A DNA stretch of 64,000 nucleotides from a virus. A program made the translations under genes and the position numbers. The stretch is taken from positions 1 through 64,000 of IMG/VR virus record IMGVR_UViG_3300037258_000352; one strand, given 5' to 3'. The notes under the pieces are model-generated. The model was not told where the DNA came from. It made no database searches and saw only the letters and a list, made by a program, of their open reading frames with translations. This document shows positions 36,790 through 46,255 of this stretch, in pieces. How positions within the stretch are numbered: position 1 is the stretch's first letter; each line of letters starts with the position of its first letter.

Positions 36790-37977
36790 TTACAGCGAAC
36801 CGTTCAGGAGAAGCGCGACCGCTTCAGCGGCTTGGTGGGGTACGACCCCGTTCCCTGCGAGGCGGATCATGTCGTTCCTGGACAGCCCGGGGACGGTGGT
36901 GACCCACCCGTCGGGCCAGCCCTGCATCCATTCCGTGAAGTAGGGGCTTAACTGCTGGCCACCTCGCTGGCCGGTGACGGTTGGGTTGGGTGCTCGGCGC
37001 CCGAGGATGGTCTCCCACCTATAGATGGCTGGCCCGTAGTCGGTTCCATCGACACTGACCCAGGATCGTGGGGAATGAGCATCCTCACGGCCATCACCAG
37101 TGGTGTTCCGATCCCGTTGCCGTTGCGGCCCTTCTCTTTCTCCCGTTCTCTCCTGGCTTGCCAGGACTCCACCGATTCCCCGTCGTTGAAGTTCCCCGCG
37201 GTCGGAGTCGGGAGCAGCGCAATCGCATCGTCCAGGTTCCGTTTGCCTTGCGAGTACCGCAACCTCGCCGTCCTGACCGACATCGACCGACTCGAACCGT
37301 CGCCGTCCCGTGCTTGCGGTGTTGGGAGTAGCTGCATCACCGCACTGGGCAGCATCAAATCCCCACTGCTGCCCCGCTGGTTCGGTCCGCCCTTCTCCCC
37401 ATCCGACGCCCACACCGTCGACAGCAGGGCGGGCGACGATGAAGACCCTGAACCGGCCATGGGGGGCGCCAACGTCGGACGCTCGTAAACTGACCCATTC
37501 CGCATCGAACCCGAGGCTGGCCAGATCTCCGCAAACGGCGCCGCATGCCCGCAAAGCGCTATCCTCGTCGTCTCCCACACACCACGGGCAGGGTTCCAAG
37601 TCGCAAGCGGCTGCGGTGCTGAGTAGGCCGCGCACATTTTCGATCACCACCAGCTTCGGTCGTAGTTTGTTGATCGCGTAAGCCATGTGGGACCACAACC
37701 CCGACCGGGTCCCCGGCCGCAGCCCAGCGCGTTTCCCGGCGGAGCTGACATCAACGCAAGGGAACCCACCGGTTAGCACGTCGATCGGCTCGACCGTGTC
37801 CCAATCAACGGTCGTGATGTCCCCGGAGTTGGGCACTCCGGGCCAGTGGTGCGCGAGGACCTTCGACGCGGCGGGGTCGTTCTCCACGAACCACACCGGT
37901 TCCACGTCGAGGACCGAACCGACGGCGAGTTCCAACGCGCCCGCGCCGGCGAAGAGGCACCCGCTGCTCATGGTCAC
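36790..37977 (-). CDS. DNA (cytosine-5) methyltransferase
   Basis: LFAGAG (I), GGFPC (IV), ENV (VI), PHGRFRVF (VIII), EWMQGWP...GNGVVP (IX/X). Confidence 0.93.
   Translation of the reverse strand: MTMSSGCLFAGAGALELAVGSVLDVEPVWFVENDPAASKVLAHHWPGVPNSGDITTVDWDTVEPIDVLTGGFPCVDVSSAGKRAGLRPGTRSGLWSHMAYAINKLRPKLVVIENVRGLLSTAAACDLEPCPWCVGDDEDSALRACGAVCGDLASLGFDAEWVSLRASDVGAPHGRFRVFIVARPAVDGVGVGWGEGRTEPAGQQWGFDAAQCGDAATPNTASTGRRRFESVDVGQDGEVAVLARQTEPGRCDCAAPDSDRGELQRRGIGGVLASQERTGEREGPQRQRDRNTTGDGREDAHSPRSWVSVDGTDYGPAIYRWETILGRRAPNPTVTGQRGGQQLSPYFTEWMQGWPDGWVTTVPGLSRNDMIRLAGNGVVPHQAAEAVALLLNGSL
36948..37637 (-). CDS. Nested out-of-frame ORF with LLPTP repeats (putative methyltransferase partner/TRD polypeptide)
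   Basis: 229 aa, ATG inside the ENV codons; WPASGSMRNG and three LL(P/S)T(P/V) units. Confidence 0.7.
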   Translation of the reverse strand: MCAAYSAPQPLATWNPARGVWETTRIALCGHAAPFAEIWPASGSMRNGSVYERPTLAPPMAGSGSSSSPALLSTVWASDGEKGGPNQRGSSGDLMLPSAVMQLLPTPQARDGDGSSRSMSVRTARLRYSQGKRNLDDAIALLPTPTAGNFNDGESVESWQARREREKEKGRNGNGIGTPLVMAVRMLIPHDPGSVSMEPTTGQPSIGGRPSSGAEHPTQPSPASEVASS

Positions 37978-38016
37978 TGCTGTCTCCGTGTCTCAGGTCC
38001 CGTTGACCTGTGGGGG

Positions 38017-38124
38017 TTATCGGCCGGTCCGGTCCATCCACTTCGCTAAGGAGATCGCCCCACAGGTGATGCCCATGATCGGGATGGTGGCGATCGCCGC
38101 GAACTCCACAAACAGGGTGAGCAT
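38017..38124 (-). CDS. 35-aa membrane peptide
   Basis: Promoter motif plus AAGGAG RBS upstream. Confidence 0.55.
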   Translation of the reverse strand: MLTLFVEFAAIATIPIMGITCGAISLAKWMDRTGR

Positions 38125-38524
38125 CAGGTTCTCCTTGGGTGGGCTCCGGTGCGGTGCCCTACATTCCCTGTATCGCTGGCCGGGTCGGGTTCGTTACAGC
38201 CCGTTGGGTGGTGGGGTCCGGGGTCAGGCATGGAAGTCCGCAGCCGATCAGCCCGCTGCGCTCACCCCGGCTCTTAGGATCGGCCGCTCCATATCCTGGC
38301 TGCCTGGCCCACCACCCGAACACAGTCAACTAGCTGGGATTTCGATCAGGATCGTCTCATCTTCGTCCATGTCCAAACCATCAGGATCAGTCACTGTTCC
38401 TCCTCTCGTGACGTTCATTCGCTAGCCGGTGAACCCGACCAGCGGTGCGGAGTACGGCAGGTGGGCAGACGCCAGCCTTTGACCCGGCTGAGTTGGATCC
38501 GCTGCGGAGTCACCAGCTCGGTCA

Positions 38525-38998
38525 TTAACTCAACCACCCGGACTGCGTCAGCATCTCCACCCACACCGGCTCCAACCCCGGCCGGTGCTGCCACTCCTCC
38601 GGACCGGATCTCATCGCGAGGTGATTACGAGTGACGGCCACCAACTCATCCAGCTCACCGGGGGTTACCCATCGCATCGCCCGGGTTTCGTCTTCGCTGC
38701 GGACCGGCTCACCAGTGGTGTCGGCGGTGAACACTTCCCAGGCGTGGTGATCCCCCCTGGGTCGCCGGCACCGGTTTCCGTACCGGGCGCGGTGGATCAC
38801 CGTCAAGCACGACGCGGTCAATCCGACTTCTTCGCGAAGCTCCCGCAGCGCAGCTTGCGCGTAGGTCTCCCCGTCGTCTACATGTCCCGCTGGTGGAGCC
38901 CACCCGTAGGGAGGTCGCCGACGTTCGATCAGCAGCAGTCGACCGTCCCGGTGGACGAGGATCCCGGCGCTGGTGTTGGTGCAAGACTCGATCGTCAC
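38525..38998 (-). CDS. NUDIX hydrolase
   Basis: GHVDDGETYAQAALRELREEVGL Nudix box. Confidence 0.93.
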   Translation of the reverse strand: MTIESCTNTSAGILVHRDGRLLLIERRRPPYGWAPPAGHVDDGETYAQAALRELREEVGLTASCLTVIHRARYGNRCRRPRGDHHAWEVFTADTTGEPVRSEDETRAMRWVTPGELDELVAVTRNHLAMRSGPEEWQHRPGLEPVWVEMLTQSGWLS

Positions 38999-39273
38999 GT
39001 CGACTCCTCCCCGAGCTTGGTCCGGGTCGCGTCAATGAACGCGTCTAACCATGGGGGATGCCCATCCATGTTCGCTTCGAACACGTGCCCGATGTAGGAG
39101 TCCGTCAGCGGGGCAACGTCGATCCCGACGTCGGGGAGCGCAACCCACTGACCTGATTGGTCGCGGACGTAGGTGACGGTGACCGAGGTGATCCACACGA
39201 TCCGGTCACCGAGGTCCACCGGATCCTCCCCGGTCACCGTCCCCGTCACTTCCACCTGACTAGCCCGGATCAT
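38995..39273 (-). CDS. Hypothetical protein (paralog of next gene)
   Basis: VTYVRDQSGQWV...PWLDAFIDATR. Confidence 0.7.
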   Translation of the reverse strand: MIRASQVEVTGTVTGEDPVDLGDRIVWITSVTVTYVRDQSGQWVALPDVGIDVAPLTDSYIGHVFEANMDGHPPWLDAFIDATRTKLGEEST

Positions 39274-39557
39274 GACGAATCTCCCTGCTCGATGGTTGGG
39301 CGGGCAGCGTCGATGAACTCAGTCACCCACACCGGAAACTCCGGACCCAACTCGTCCACCGGGCCGGTGTAATCCGAGTCGAGGTACATGCCGTTGACCG
39401 GGACCCCGTACTGGTGGTGGACCCACGCCCCGGTTTGGTCCCGCTCGTAGGTCACTCCGATCGTGTCCACGTCGACCACACCGCAGGCGTACCGAACCGG
39501 TGTCTTCCCGGACACTTTCCCGGTCACCGTGATCCCCGTGATCTCAACCATCGTCAA
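39270..39557 (-). CDS. Hypothetical protein (paralog of previous gene)
   Basis: VTYERDQTGAWV...VWVTEFIDAAR. Confidence 0.7.
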   Translation of the reverse strand: MTMVEITGITVTGKVSGKTPVRYACGVVDVDTIGVTYERDQTGAWVHHQYGVPVNGMYLDSDYTGPVDELGPEFPVWVTEFIDAARPTIEQGDSS

Positions 39558-39599
39558 CCTCCAACCAGAAGCGGGCGACCTCGGAGTCGGTCCGCGTGA

Positions 39600-39830
39600 T
39601 CACGCTGGTACCCGCTTCATAGCTCGTCGCTCATCGGGAGTGGTGCCCCCGGAGATCCCCGCGTCCTGCCCTGTCGTCAGAGCCCAGTCCAAGCACTCCG
39701 AGTTGACCGGGCAACGCCGGCACACGGCCTTAGCCTCGGTGATCTGCAGCAACGCAGGACCCGACGTCCCGATCGGAAAGAACAATTCGGGATCTTCCTC
39801 CCTGCACGCTGCACGGTGCCGCCAGTCCAT
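39600..39830 (-). CDS. whiB: WhiB-family Fe-S regulator, WhiB1-like
   Basis: MDWRHRAACREEDPELFFP...CRRCPV...C..WAL..G; four Cys. Confidence 0.93.
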   Translation of the reverse strand: MDWRHRAACREEDPELFFPIGTSGPALLQITEAKAVCRRCPVNSECLDWALTTGQDAGISGGTTPDERRAMKRVPA

Positions 39831-40107
39831 CCCACTCACCTCCATCGCTTCGGTTGGTGCCAGCGGCACCGGTTAGTTACAGCTCAATGTCCGGTGCTGA
39901 CCCCGAGGGTCAACCGCGGGGTGGGGGCTGGTGGTGCGTTGTTCGCGGTGTCCCGCCACGGCCCGCACTGCTCATGATCGTGCGCGGTCCCACCCCGACC
40001 GGCCTCGTTCGCGGCCACCCCCGAGCACTGCTCGACCTTGCTGTGTGTTCTACTCCCGAACATTCCGTGTCCCTCCGTGTCTGGTGGTGTCCGCACACCA
40101 CCCGTTG

Positions 40108-40302
40108 TCACCCGGCCCGGTCGAGCCGGCGGGTCCCTCGTCCCTGCGGGTAGGTCCGCAGCCACATCCCCGCGCATTTCACTGCGGTCTCGTACACCGC
40201 TGGGACCGTGTCCCTCGAGAACGCCATCAGCTCAACCATCGTCAGGGGGAGCCGTTCGAGGCAGTCCCCACAGGTCCCGCAGTCCCCACCGCAGTCACTC
40301 AC
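40108..40302 (-). CDS. Small Cys-rich protein
   Basis: CGGDCGTCGDC; coupled start. Confidence 0.55.
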   Translation of the reverse strand: MSDCGGDCGTCGDCLERLPLTMVELMAFSRDTVPAVYETAVKCAGMWLRTYPQGRGTRRLDRAG

Positions 40303-40520
40303 TGGGGAAACGAGAGTGTTTCGCTGATAACGGTCATCGTGCCCCGCGCCCACCGGGGTAGCCGGTCGTCGGCCGCGATGTATCCGGTTGCGCGTGCGGC
40401 GATCTCACCGTCGTCAGTGGGATCCACTTCCCCGGGTGCGATCCATTCGGCTTCGAGTGCGGCTGCGTGCCAAGCTTCGGGGTCGACGTCGATCTCGATG
40501 ACGATTCGCGCTCTGATCAC
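40299..40520 (-). CDS. Hypothetical protein
   Basis: GACGCGGAGG RBS variant. Confidence 0.65.
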   Translation of the reverse strand: MIRARIVIEIDVDPEAWHAAALEAEWIAPGEVDPTDDGEIAARATGYIAADDRLPRWARGTMTVISETLSFPQ

Positions 40521-40750
40521 TGTGGTGTCCCTCCGCGTCTACCGGCGTCCGCCACGCCAGTCTGTAATGTCACAAGACTACATCCGTGGGTGGTGACCGT
40601 CAACGGTTACCGGGGAGGGTCCGAAGTCGATCGGACCGATCCGGATCCCCGACGGGTCCACCCCGTCCATCGCGGCGAGCTTGTCCCGCATCGAGGTCAA
40701 CACCTCAGCCAGGACCCGCTCCACACCCAACGAGACCTCACACCGGCACA

Positions 40751-41026
40751 TCAGAGCAGCGCCAGCACGATCACCAAACAACCCACCACCATCAACGACA
40801 CCGCGAACGTCGCCAGCATCGCCCGGTACTCCGCGCGCTTCACCGCGATCATCAGGTCCTCATCCGCTAACACCGTCGCCAACGCTGCGGGGCCCTGCTC
40901 CACGACACCAACCGATCCACCCATGGTCAGGAACTTGGCCATCAACTCCGCTGCCTCCCGAGCAGTCCCACACCCCACAGTGAGGGAGTCGGCCCCGTTT
41001 TTCGTTTCGACTGTGTAGCTCTTCAT
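40751..41026 (-). CDS. Small membrane protein
   Basis: Promoter motif and GACACGGAGG upstream; C-terminal TM. Confidence 0.7.
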   Translation of the reverse strand: MKSYTVETKNGADSLTVGCGTAREAAELMAKFLTMGGSVGVVEQGPAALATVLADEDLMIAVKRAEYRAMLATFAVSLMVVGCLVIVLALL

Positions 41027-41131
41027 GCTGATCAATCCCTCCGTGTCCTCGTTCCGCTGTGCCTTACATCCCGTATAATCGCGAGGGCCGGCCCGGGTGT
41101 TACACCCTGACCGGCCCTGGATTCCCGACGC

Positions 41132-41638
41132 TCACACCGCTTCGGAGGGTAACCCCGGGCCAGCGTGTTCGGTGAGGTATTCCCGCCACGTCCAATCCAG
41201 TCGCCCGTTCCACAGACCGTCCTCGACGGTGGCGGTGGAGAACAACGCCGCCCGGCTCGCTGCGACCCGCCCGACCCGGAAGTAGGCGCCCTGCGGGTCG
41301 AACCCTTCCACTCGCAACGCCCGCCCCGCCGCTTCGAGCGCTAGCCACGCGTCCCGCAGCTCCGGGTACGCGATGGCGACCACCTCCCGCCGGCGGTCGA
41401 GCTCGACACTGCGGCGCGCGGACCGGAGGGCCTGCTCGGCTTGGGCGTAGGTCAGGGTCCATCCGGTAGCGGCTTTGACGTGGGACCGCCCGAGGGTCAT
41501 CACCCGACCGTCGGGGTTGACGACGTCGTAGAGGTGTTTCAGTGGCCGGCCGCAGTGGTCACACGACCCCTCGGTGTGCCGGATCCCCGTCAAATACCAA
41601 GCGCTGGACCCGATCTGCGCTGCTGCGGTGGGGCTCAT
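41132..41638 (-). CDS. Hypothetical protein with CxxC
   Basis: Promoter motif and GACACGGAGG upstream; CDHCGRPLK. Confidence 0.75.
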   Translation of the reverse strand: MSPTAAAQIGSSAWYLTGIRHTEGSCDHCGRPLKHLYDVVNPDGRVMTLGRSHVKAATGWTLTYAQAEQALRSARRSVELDRRREVVAIAYPELRDAWLALEAAGRALRVEGFDPQGAYFRVGRVAASRAALFSTATVEDGLWNGRLDWTWREYLTEHAGPGLPSEAV

Positions 41639-41710
41639 GTCGTCCTCCGTGTCTCCGGGCCGGTCCGCTCCGGCCCTCTGACCTGTCTATCGCCGCCCGG
41701 GCGCGGTTCG

Positions 41711-42034
41711 TTACCGGTGCCTAAACCCCCGCTTCACCAGCGCGCTGGTAATCACCTGGTCCGTCTGGACGGCTTTCCGGGCCGCCGCCAGCGTCGGGTA
41801 AGGGCCCTGCTCAGGGTCGGTGGACCAGCAGATCCCCACCCACCACTGACCCTTACCTCCGGTCGCTACTCCGTCGGCGTCGCGTTTGGTGACGTACCCG
41901 CCGGTAGTGGACTCCGTCCCGGCCTGTAGCAACACCACCTCGTACAAGGGGTAGTCGGCCCGGGACACGCTGAACTCCCTCACCCGCAACCGCAGCGCGA
42001 CAGTGCGCGCCTTGCGGGTTTTCGTGGTGGACAT
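41711..42034 (-). CDS. Hypothetical protein
   Basis: RBS GGGAGAGG. Confidence 0.65.
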   Translation of the reverse strand: MSTTKTRKARTVALRLRVREFSVSRADYPLYEVVLLQAGTESTTGGYVTKRDADGVATGGKGQWWVGICWSTDPEQGPYPTLAAARKAVQTDQVITSALVKRGFRHR

Positions 42035-42057
42035 GGCCTCTCCCTGGTCGTTGGTGG

Positions 42058-42201
42058 TCACGAGTTGCCGACGATGGTCACAGCGCCGGTGATGATCAGG
42101 GCCGCGACCACGACGAGTACCGCACCGGTCACACCGACGAAAGCGGCACCACCGACAGCAACCGTGACCGTGAGCCCAAGCAGGATCAAAATCACGGCCA
42201 T
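42058..42201 (-). CDS. Small two-TM protein
   Basis: Promoter motif and GACACGGAGG upstream. Confidence 0.65.
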   Translation of the reverse strand: MAVILILLGLTVTVAVGGAAFVGVTGAVLVVVAALIITGAVTIVGNS

Positions 42202-42276
42202 CGCGTGCCTCCTCCGTGTCTGGAGCGGGTCCGCACCCGCCCTACACACCTTGTATCGCTACCCGCCCCGCCGGTG

Positions 42277-42504
42277 TTACAGCGCGCACTCCGCGACGAT
42301 GGTCCGCATCGCCACCGTGACCGCGAGCCTGAACGCGTCGAGCTCGAACCTCGATCCCTCGATGACAACGTCGCATCCACCGGGACCGATGAGGACCAGA
42401 CCCCACCCATCGTTGGCGATCCGCGACCCGTCGGGCAGCACCTCCCCCGGGTAAGCGACCCGCACCGGCGCCGTCGCCGGCAGCGACTCCACACGCTCAG
42501 CCAT
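42277..42504 (-). CDS. Hypothetical protein
   Basis: RBS GGAG; stop is part of the next promoter. Confidence 0.6.
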   Translation of the reverse strand: MAERVESLPATAPVRVAYPGEVLPDGSRIANDGWGLVLIGPGGCDVVIEGSRFELDAFRLAVTVAMRTIVAECAL

Positions 42505-42524
42505 CACCAATCACTCCGATCCGG

Positions 42525-42899
42525 TTAGGGGCAGCACACCAGGCACGGTGGGTGCGAGGTCGCGCCGCAGTAGCACTCCGTTGGTGCGTCGTACTCGGGG
42601 GCGGGCCCGTGGTCGGGTGCCACTGGGCCGTGGCCCTTGCGGATCACGTTGCCCCGCCCGGGGTCCTCCCCGTCGCACAACTCCCGGTCACCACCGACGC
42701 CAGCGACGACCGCCCGCCATGGGGCCTGGGTCGCGATCCGTTCCACCCCGACCCGGCACCGTTGGCAAGACCCGAGCAGCGCGTCCCCCGCTGGGTCCGG
42801 TGCTGGCGTCGGTCGTTGCCGTGGGCGAGGTCTGCTAGCGACAACCGCCCGGGCGAGACCGATCACGCCGGCGTAGAACTCATCGGCCGGGCCCATCAC
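42525..42899 (-). CDS. Cys-rich hypothetical protein
   Basis: CQRC; C-terminal CYC...HPPCxxC. Confidence 0.6.
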   Translation of the reverse strand: MMGPADEFYAGVIGLARAVVASRPRPRQRPTPAPDPAGDALLGSCQRCRVGVERIATQAPWRAVVAGVGGDRELCDGEDPGRGNVIRKGHGPVAPDHGPAPEYDAPTECYCGATSHPPCLVCCP

Positions 42900-43008
42900 G
42901 CGGTCGGATCACTGATCAGGCAGAGCGGGCAGTAATCCACACCGACCGGCACCGGTGTACCGCACCCGACGCAGTCGGCCAGCTTCACCCACAATCGACA
43001 TAGGTATC

Positions 43009-43218
43009 TCACGCCCTGCTCCCTCCTTTGTTGGGTCGGATCTCGAAACCGGACATGGCTAGCGCGTGGTGCAGTGCGACGACGTCCTCATCGAACATCA
43101 CCGGCCACGGGCACCCACCGAGATTGCACACCGTCATCCCGTATCGGCAGGCTCGGTGACCCGACCGGATTTGCTCCACAACCTGTCGCAGCGCGGTCAG
43201 GCCAGCGTCCCCGGACAT
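43009..43218 (-). CDS. Hypothetical protein
   Basis: Coupled start. Confidence 0.55.
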   Translation of the reverse strand: MSGDAGLTALRQVVEQIRSGHRACRYGMTVCNLGGCPWPVMFDEDVVALHHALAMSGFEIRPNKGGSRA

Positions 43219-43397
43219 CAGAGCCACCCGTTCGCGAATCCGACCAGGGCCAGTTCGCGGTGCATCTTCACGATGGGCTCGGCTGCGTGGTCGGGGAGGA
43301 TCCACTCCAAACCGGTGGGATCTACGGTCCGCCAGGATTCGGGGATCGCGTCGGCGACCTGCTCGAAATTGCGTAACCACACCTCGTGAGTGGTCAT
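43218..43397 (-). CDS. Hypothetical protein
   Basis: GACACGGAGG upstream. Confidence 0.65.
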   Translation of the reverse strand: MTTHEVWLRNFEQVADAIPESWRTVDPTGLEWILPDHAAEPIVKMHRELALVGFANGWL

Positions 43398-43453
43398 TTG
43401 CTTCCGTCCTCCGTGTCCCAGCCGGGTCCGTCGCCCGGCGCTCGCTACCTGCG

Positions 43454-43669
43454 TCATCCCCTGGGGAGGATCCGTGTCCTCTCGCGGTACTCATTGCAAA
43501 TCCCGATGATCTGAGCGTCGCTGAGGTGTTGGACCACGCCGTGATCGGTGACCAATCGCCCCGCCGACTGCAAGATCTGTCGCATGACAGCCGGGACCAC
43601 AACCCGAGCTTTCTTCCCTTCCAGCGTGCGGTAGGTGACGAGGTGCTCAACCTCAGTGTCCGTGGACAT
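43454..43669 (-). CDS. Hypothetical protein
   Basis: Promoter motif plus AAGGGAGG RBS. Confidence 0.65.
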   Translation of the reverse strand: MSTDTEVEHLVTYRTLEGKKARVVVPAVMRQILQSAGRLVTDHGVVQHLSDAQIIGICNEYRERTRILPRG

Positions 43670-43740
43670 GGGGGCCTCCCTTGTCTCGGTGGCCCGGGTG
43701 GGGCCGCTCACTATCTGTATCGCCGCCCGGTGTGCGGGTG

Positions 43741-43944
43741 TTACGCCGCCCACGCGAGCAGTCCCGCATACACTGCTTCCTCGACCAGTTCCGGGTCCGG
43801 GATGTGGCGGATGAACTCCCGCTTCGCGCCGTCGTCGTGTTTCCCACCCGACTCGACCCGGATCGACCCGTACCCCAACAGGCGTTGCACGTAGGTCTGC
43901 TCCACCGTCAAATCGGTGTGCTCGCCCCCTGCATCTCCAGCCAA
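43741..43944 (-). pseudogene. Fragment of a bacterial PH-domain (bPH_2) protein
   Basis: VEQTYVQRLLGYGSIRVESGG...IPDP is the C-terminal half of the domain; no clear start. Confidence 0.55.
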
Positions 43945-43971
43945 CTAGTCCACGTCGTCGTGCACACAACC

Positions 43972-44424
43972 TCACCTCCACCTGTTAGCGCGGTCGATGG
44001 ACGCACCAACAGCCTCATCAACCGTGGGGTAGATATGGATCCCACGACGGGTGGCCAGTTCCCGGAGATAGGCGCGGGCACGGTTTAAGTCCTTCAACTC
44101 GCGCCCTGTGATGGTCTGGCCGTCGATCACAGTTCCGTCGGTGATGTTGTGGATGACGAGCAGGGCGTCGTACGAGTTGACGGTGGCCACGAACTCGGTC
44201 GCCTCCAGCATCGACGCGATGGCCCGGGTCTGGTGGTCGATGACGAACAGCACCTCAACGGACGCGATCTTCGCGTCGGCTTCGGCCTTCACGAGTTCTG
44301 GGGACCAGTCCTCAACTTGAGGGTTGTAGTAGGACACCCCCGCTGCCTCTAGCAGGGGGATGGCGATGTCCGCGCGCCACGTGGTCGGGTTGCAGCTTCC
44401 GCCTAGGAACAGGTGTGGCCTCAT
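43972..44424 (-). CDS. Nucleoside 2-deoxyribosyltransferase-like protein
   Basis: LFLGGSCNPTTWR...YYNPQVEDW...E...LFVIDxxTRAIASMLE. Confidence 0.75.
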   Translation of the reverse strand: MRPHLFLGGSCNPTTWRADIAIPLLEAAGVSYYNPQVEDWSPELVKAEADAKIASVEVLFVIDHQTRAIASMLEATEFVATVNSYDALLVIHNITDGTVIDGQTITGRELKDLNRARAYLRELATRRGIHIYPTVDEAVGASIDRANRWR

Positions 44425-44944
44425 TCGTTTACTCCTCCGTGTCTGTGCTGGCCCGCACCAGCAACCCCCAGGGTAAACCTGGGTGGTCCCAGCGTCAACG
44501 CTTACAACCTGTGTATCGGCCGGGACCACCACCGCGTTACACCCGCAGGTCCTCCCCAGGACACCGAGCCCGGAGACCCACCGGGTAATACCACCGGATC
44601 GTCGCGAAATCCTCCCCGGGAGCCAACAGTCCCAGGCGGGGTGTGTGACACCGGGCGCACCGCTGCTCGTACTCGGCGTGGTCACCCAACACCCCACGCG
44701 CCCCGGGTTCCCACACATGCCCACACATGCCCACCCAGGTCCGAGACAGCGACCGGGGTCGCCGGGGCCGAGGGTGGAGCGCCCACCGGCACGATCACAT
44801 AATCCGGATCGAGGGTCACCCCGTGGGTGTCGTAGGCACCGCACCGCAACGGCCGGCGGATCACGACGCCACCCGCCGGATCCGCACCACCACCGGCACG
44901 CCACCCGCACCGACCCGCCCTGCTCGTGGTGGACCTCGAAACTG

Positions 44945-45271
44945 TCATCCGGGAGCCGGCTCCACGCCCGCGCGGTGCTCCACCATCAACACATCCACCA
45001 CATGCCGAGTCAACCGCGGCGCGTACGGGTGCCCGTCATGCGGCGCGTCCCACGTCATCCACGGGATCCCCTGCTGCGCCTTCCCCAGGTCCGGGCGCAG
45101 CACGTGGGGGGCACCGCAAGTTCGGCATCCTGCGAGCCATTCCCACGGCACGTCCCCACCCAGCGTGAGGATCCCCACCTGGTGGGCGCTGCTTACCCCA
45201 CTCGCGGCGGCCGGGCCCACCGCAGGTTCTGGGGTTCCGTCACCCACCGGGTGACTACCACCTGTCGTCAC
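44945..45271 (-). CDS. Hypothetical protein
   Basis: Coupled ORF with CRTC. Confidence 0.5.
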   Translation of the reverse strand: MTTGGSHPVGDGTPEPAVGPAAASGVSSAHQVGILTLGGDVPWEWLAGCRTCGAPHVLRPDLGKAQQGIPWMTWDAPHDGHPYAPRLTRHVVDVLMVEHRAGVEPAPG

Positions 45272-45762
45272 GATCCCGGCGGCGTCCCCAAGAGCCGCAA
45301 CCCATCGACGTCGACGACGACCCGGACCCCCGGCGCCAACACCCCACCATTACGCGCGGCAGTCGCCGCCCCAGACGGCTCCAACCCCGCAGACACCAAG
45401 ACGTGCATCAACTGCGCCACCTCCACCTCACCAGCCGGCCACGACCGTCGACGACCCGACCCGCAACCAGGGTTCGCGGCCTGCAGGTAACCGCTCCGCG
45501 TCCAGTAGTCCAACGTCCGGTACGTCAACCCCGGGACCGCCTCCTGAATCTCCCGGTACGACACCGGGGCCTCCGTCACGACGGAGATGCACTTCTCGCA
45601 CCGCCGGCCGCGCCCGGTGTCCCGCCACGGCACCACCCGAGCTGGTTCCCCGCACAGGGTTTTCGCGCCGTCCACCGCGTGCGCGACAACGAATTCCGGG
45701 TCAGCGTGGCGACCTACCGTCTCCCGCCACACGACTGGTGTGTCCTCCCCTGGCCCGGGCAT
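45268..45762 (-). CDS. MerR-like HTH protein with N-terminal Zn finger
   Basis: GLTYRTLDYWTRSGYL...GSGRRRSW. Confidence 0.75.
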   Translation of the reverse strand: MPGPGEDTPVVWRETVGRHADPEFVVAHAVDGAKTLCGEPARVVPWRDTGRGRRCEKCISVVTEAPVSYREIQEAVPGLTYRTLDYWTRSGYLQAANPGCGSGRRRSWPAGEVEVAQLMHVLVSAGLEPSGAATAARNGGVLAPGVRVVVDVDGLRLLGTPPGS

Positions 45763-45989
45763 CAGCGGGACCCCGCGAGGAGGTCCCCCGAGTCACCGGA
45801 ATGAGCTGGCCCACGCACCGGGGCGACTGGCTCATCCTTGGGTGGGTTCGGGCAGAACCCCGGCGTCGACCCACACGCCACCACCGGGCCCTCCCGCATC
45901 ACCGCCCCCGCAGCGCCACCCACAACCCCCACCGCGAACGCCAACACCAGCGACACCACAAACACCACAACCTGCCGGTTCACCGCCAC
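45762..45989 (-). CDS. Small membrane/secreted protein
   Basis: N-terminal hydrophobic helix. Confidence 0.55.
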   Translation of the reverse strand: MAVNRQVVVFVVSLVLAFAVGVVGGAAGAVMREGPVVACGSTPGFCPNPPKDEPVAPVRGPAHSGDSGDLLAGSR

Positions 45990-46255
45990 CGCGGACCTCC
46001 TAACCGACTGAGCAAATCCACGAGGGGACCCACCTCAGTCACCGGTACCGATATTTGCCTCGTCGGATCCGAGTCAAGGTAAAACGACCAAGCGTCTCGT
46101 TCCGGGCTCCGGATCACGATCAGCGTCGATGGTGCCCCATCATGCCGCCGACCGGGTATCGCCACCCGAAGCTGCTCATTCTGCGGGACCTCCGCGTGCG
46201 GGCCAGGCAGGTCAACCAACTGCACGACACCTCCCCTATCGGAACGGACTGTCAC
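45980..46255 (-). CDS. Hypothetical protein
   Basis: Coupled ORF. Confidence 0.55.
   Translation of the reverse strand: MTVRSDRGGVVQLVDLPGPHAEVPQNEQLRVAIPGRRHDGAPSTLIVIRSPERDAWSFYLDSDPTRQISVPVTEVGPLVDLLSRLGGPRWR

Noticed and set aside
39876-39880. Extra GTAAC promoter copies (also 10831-10835)
   Set aside because: No CGAT at 17-nt spacing, so not counted
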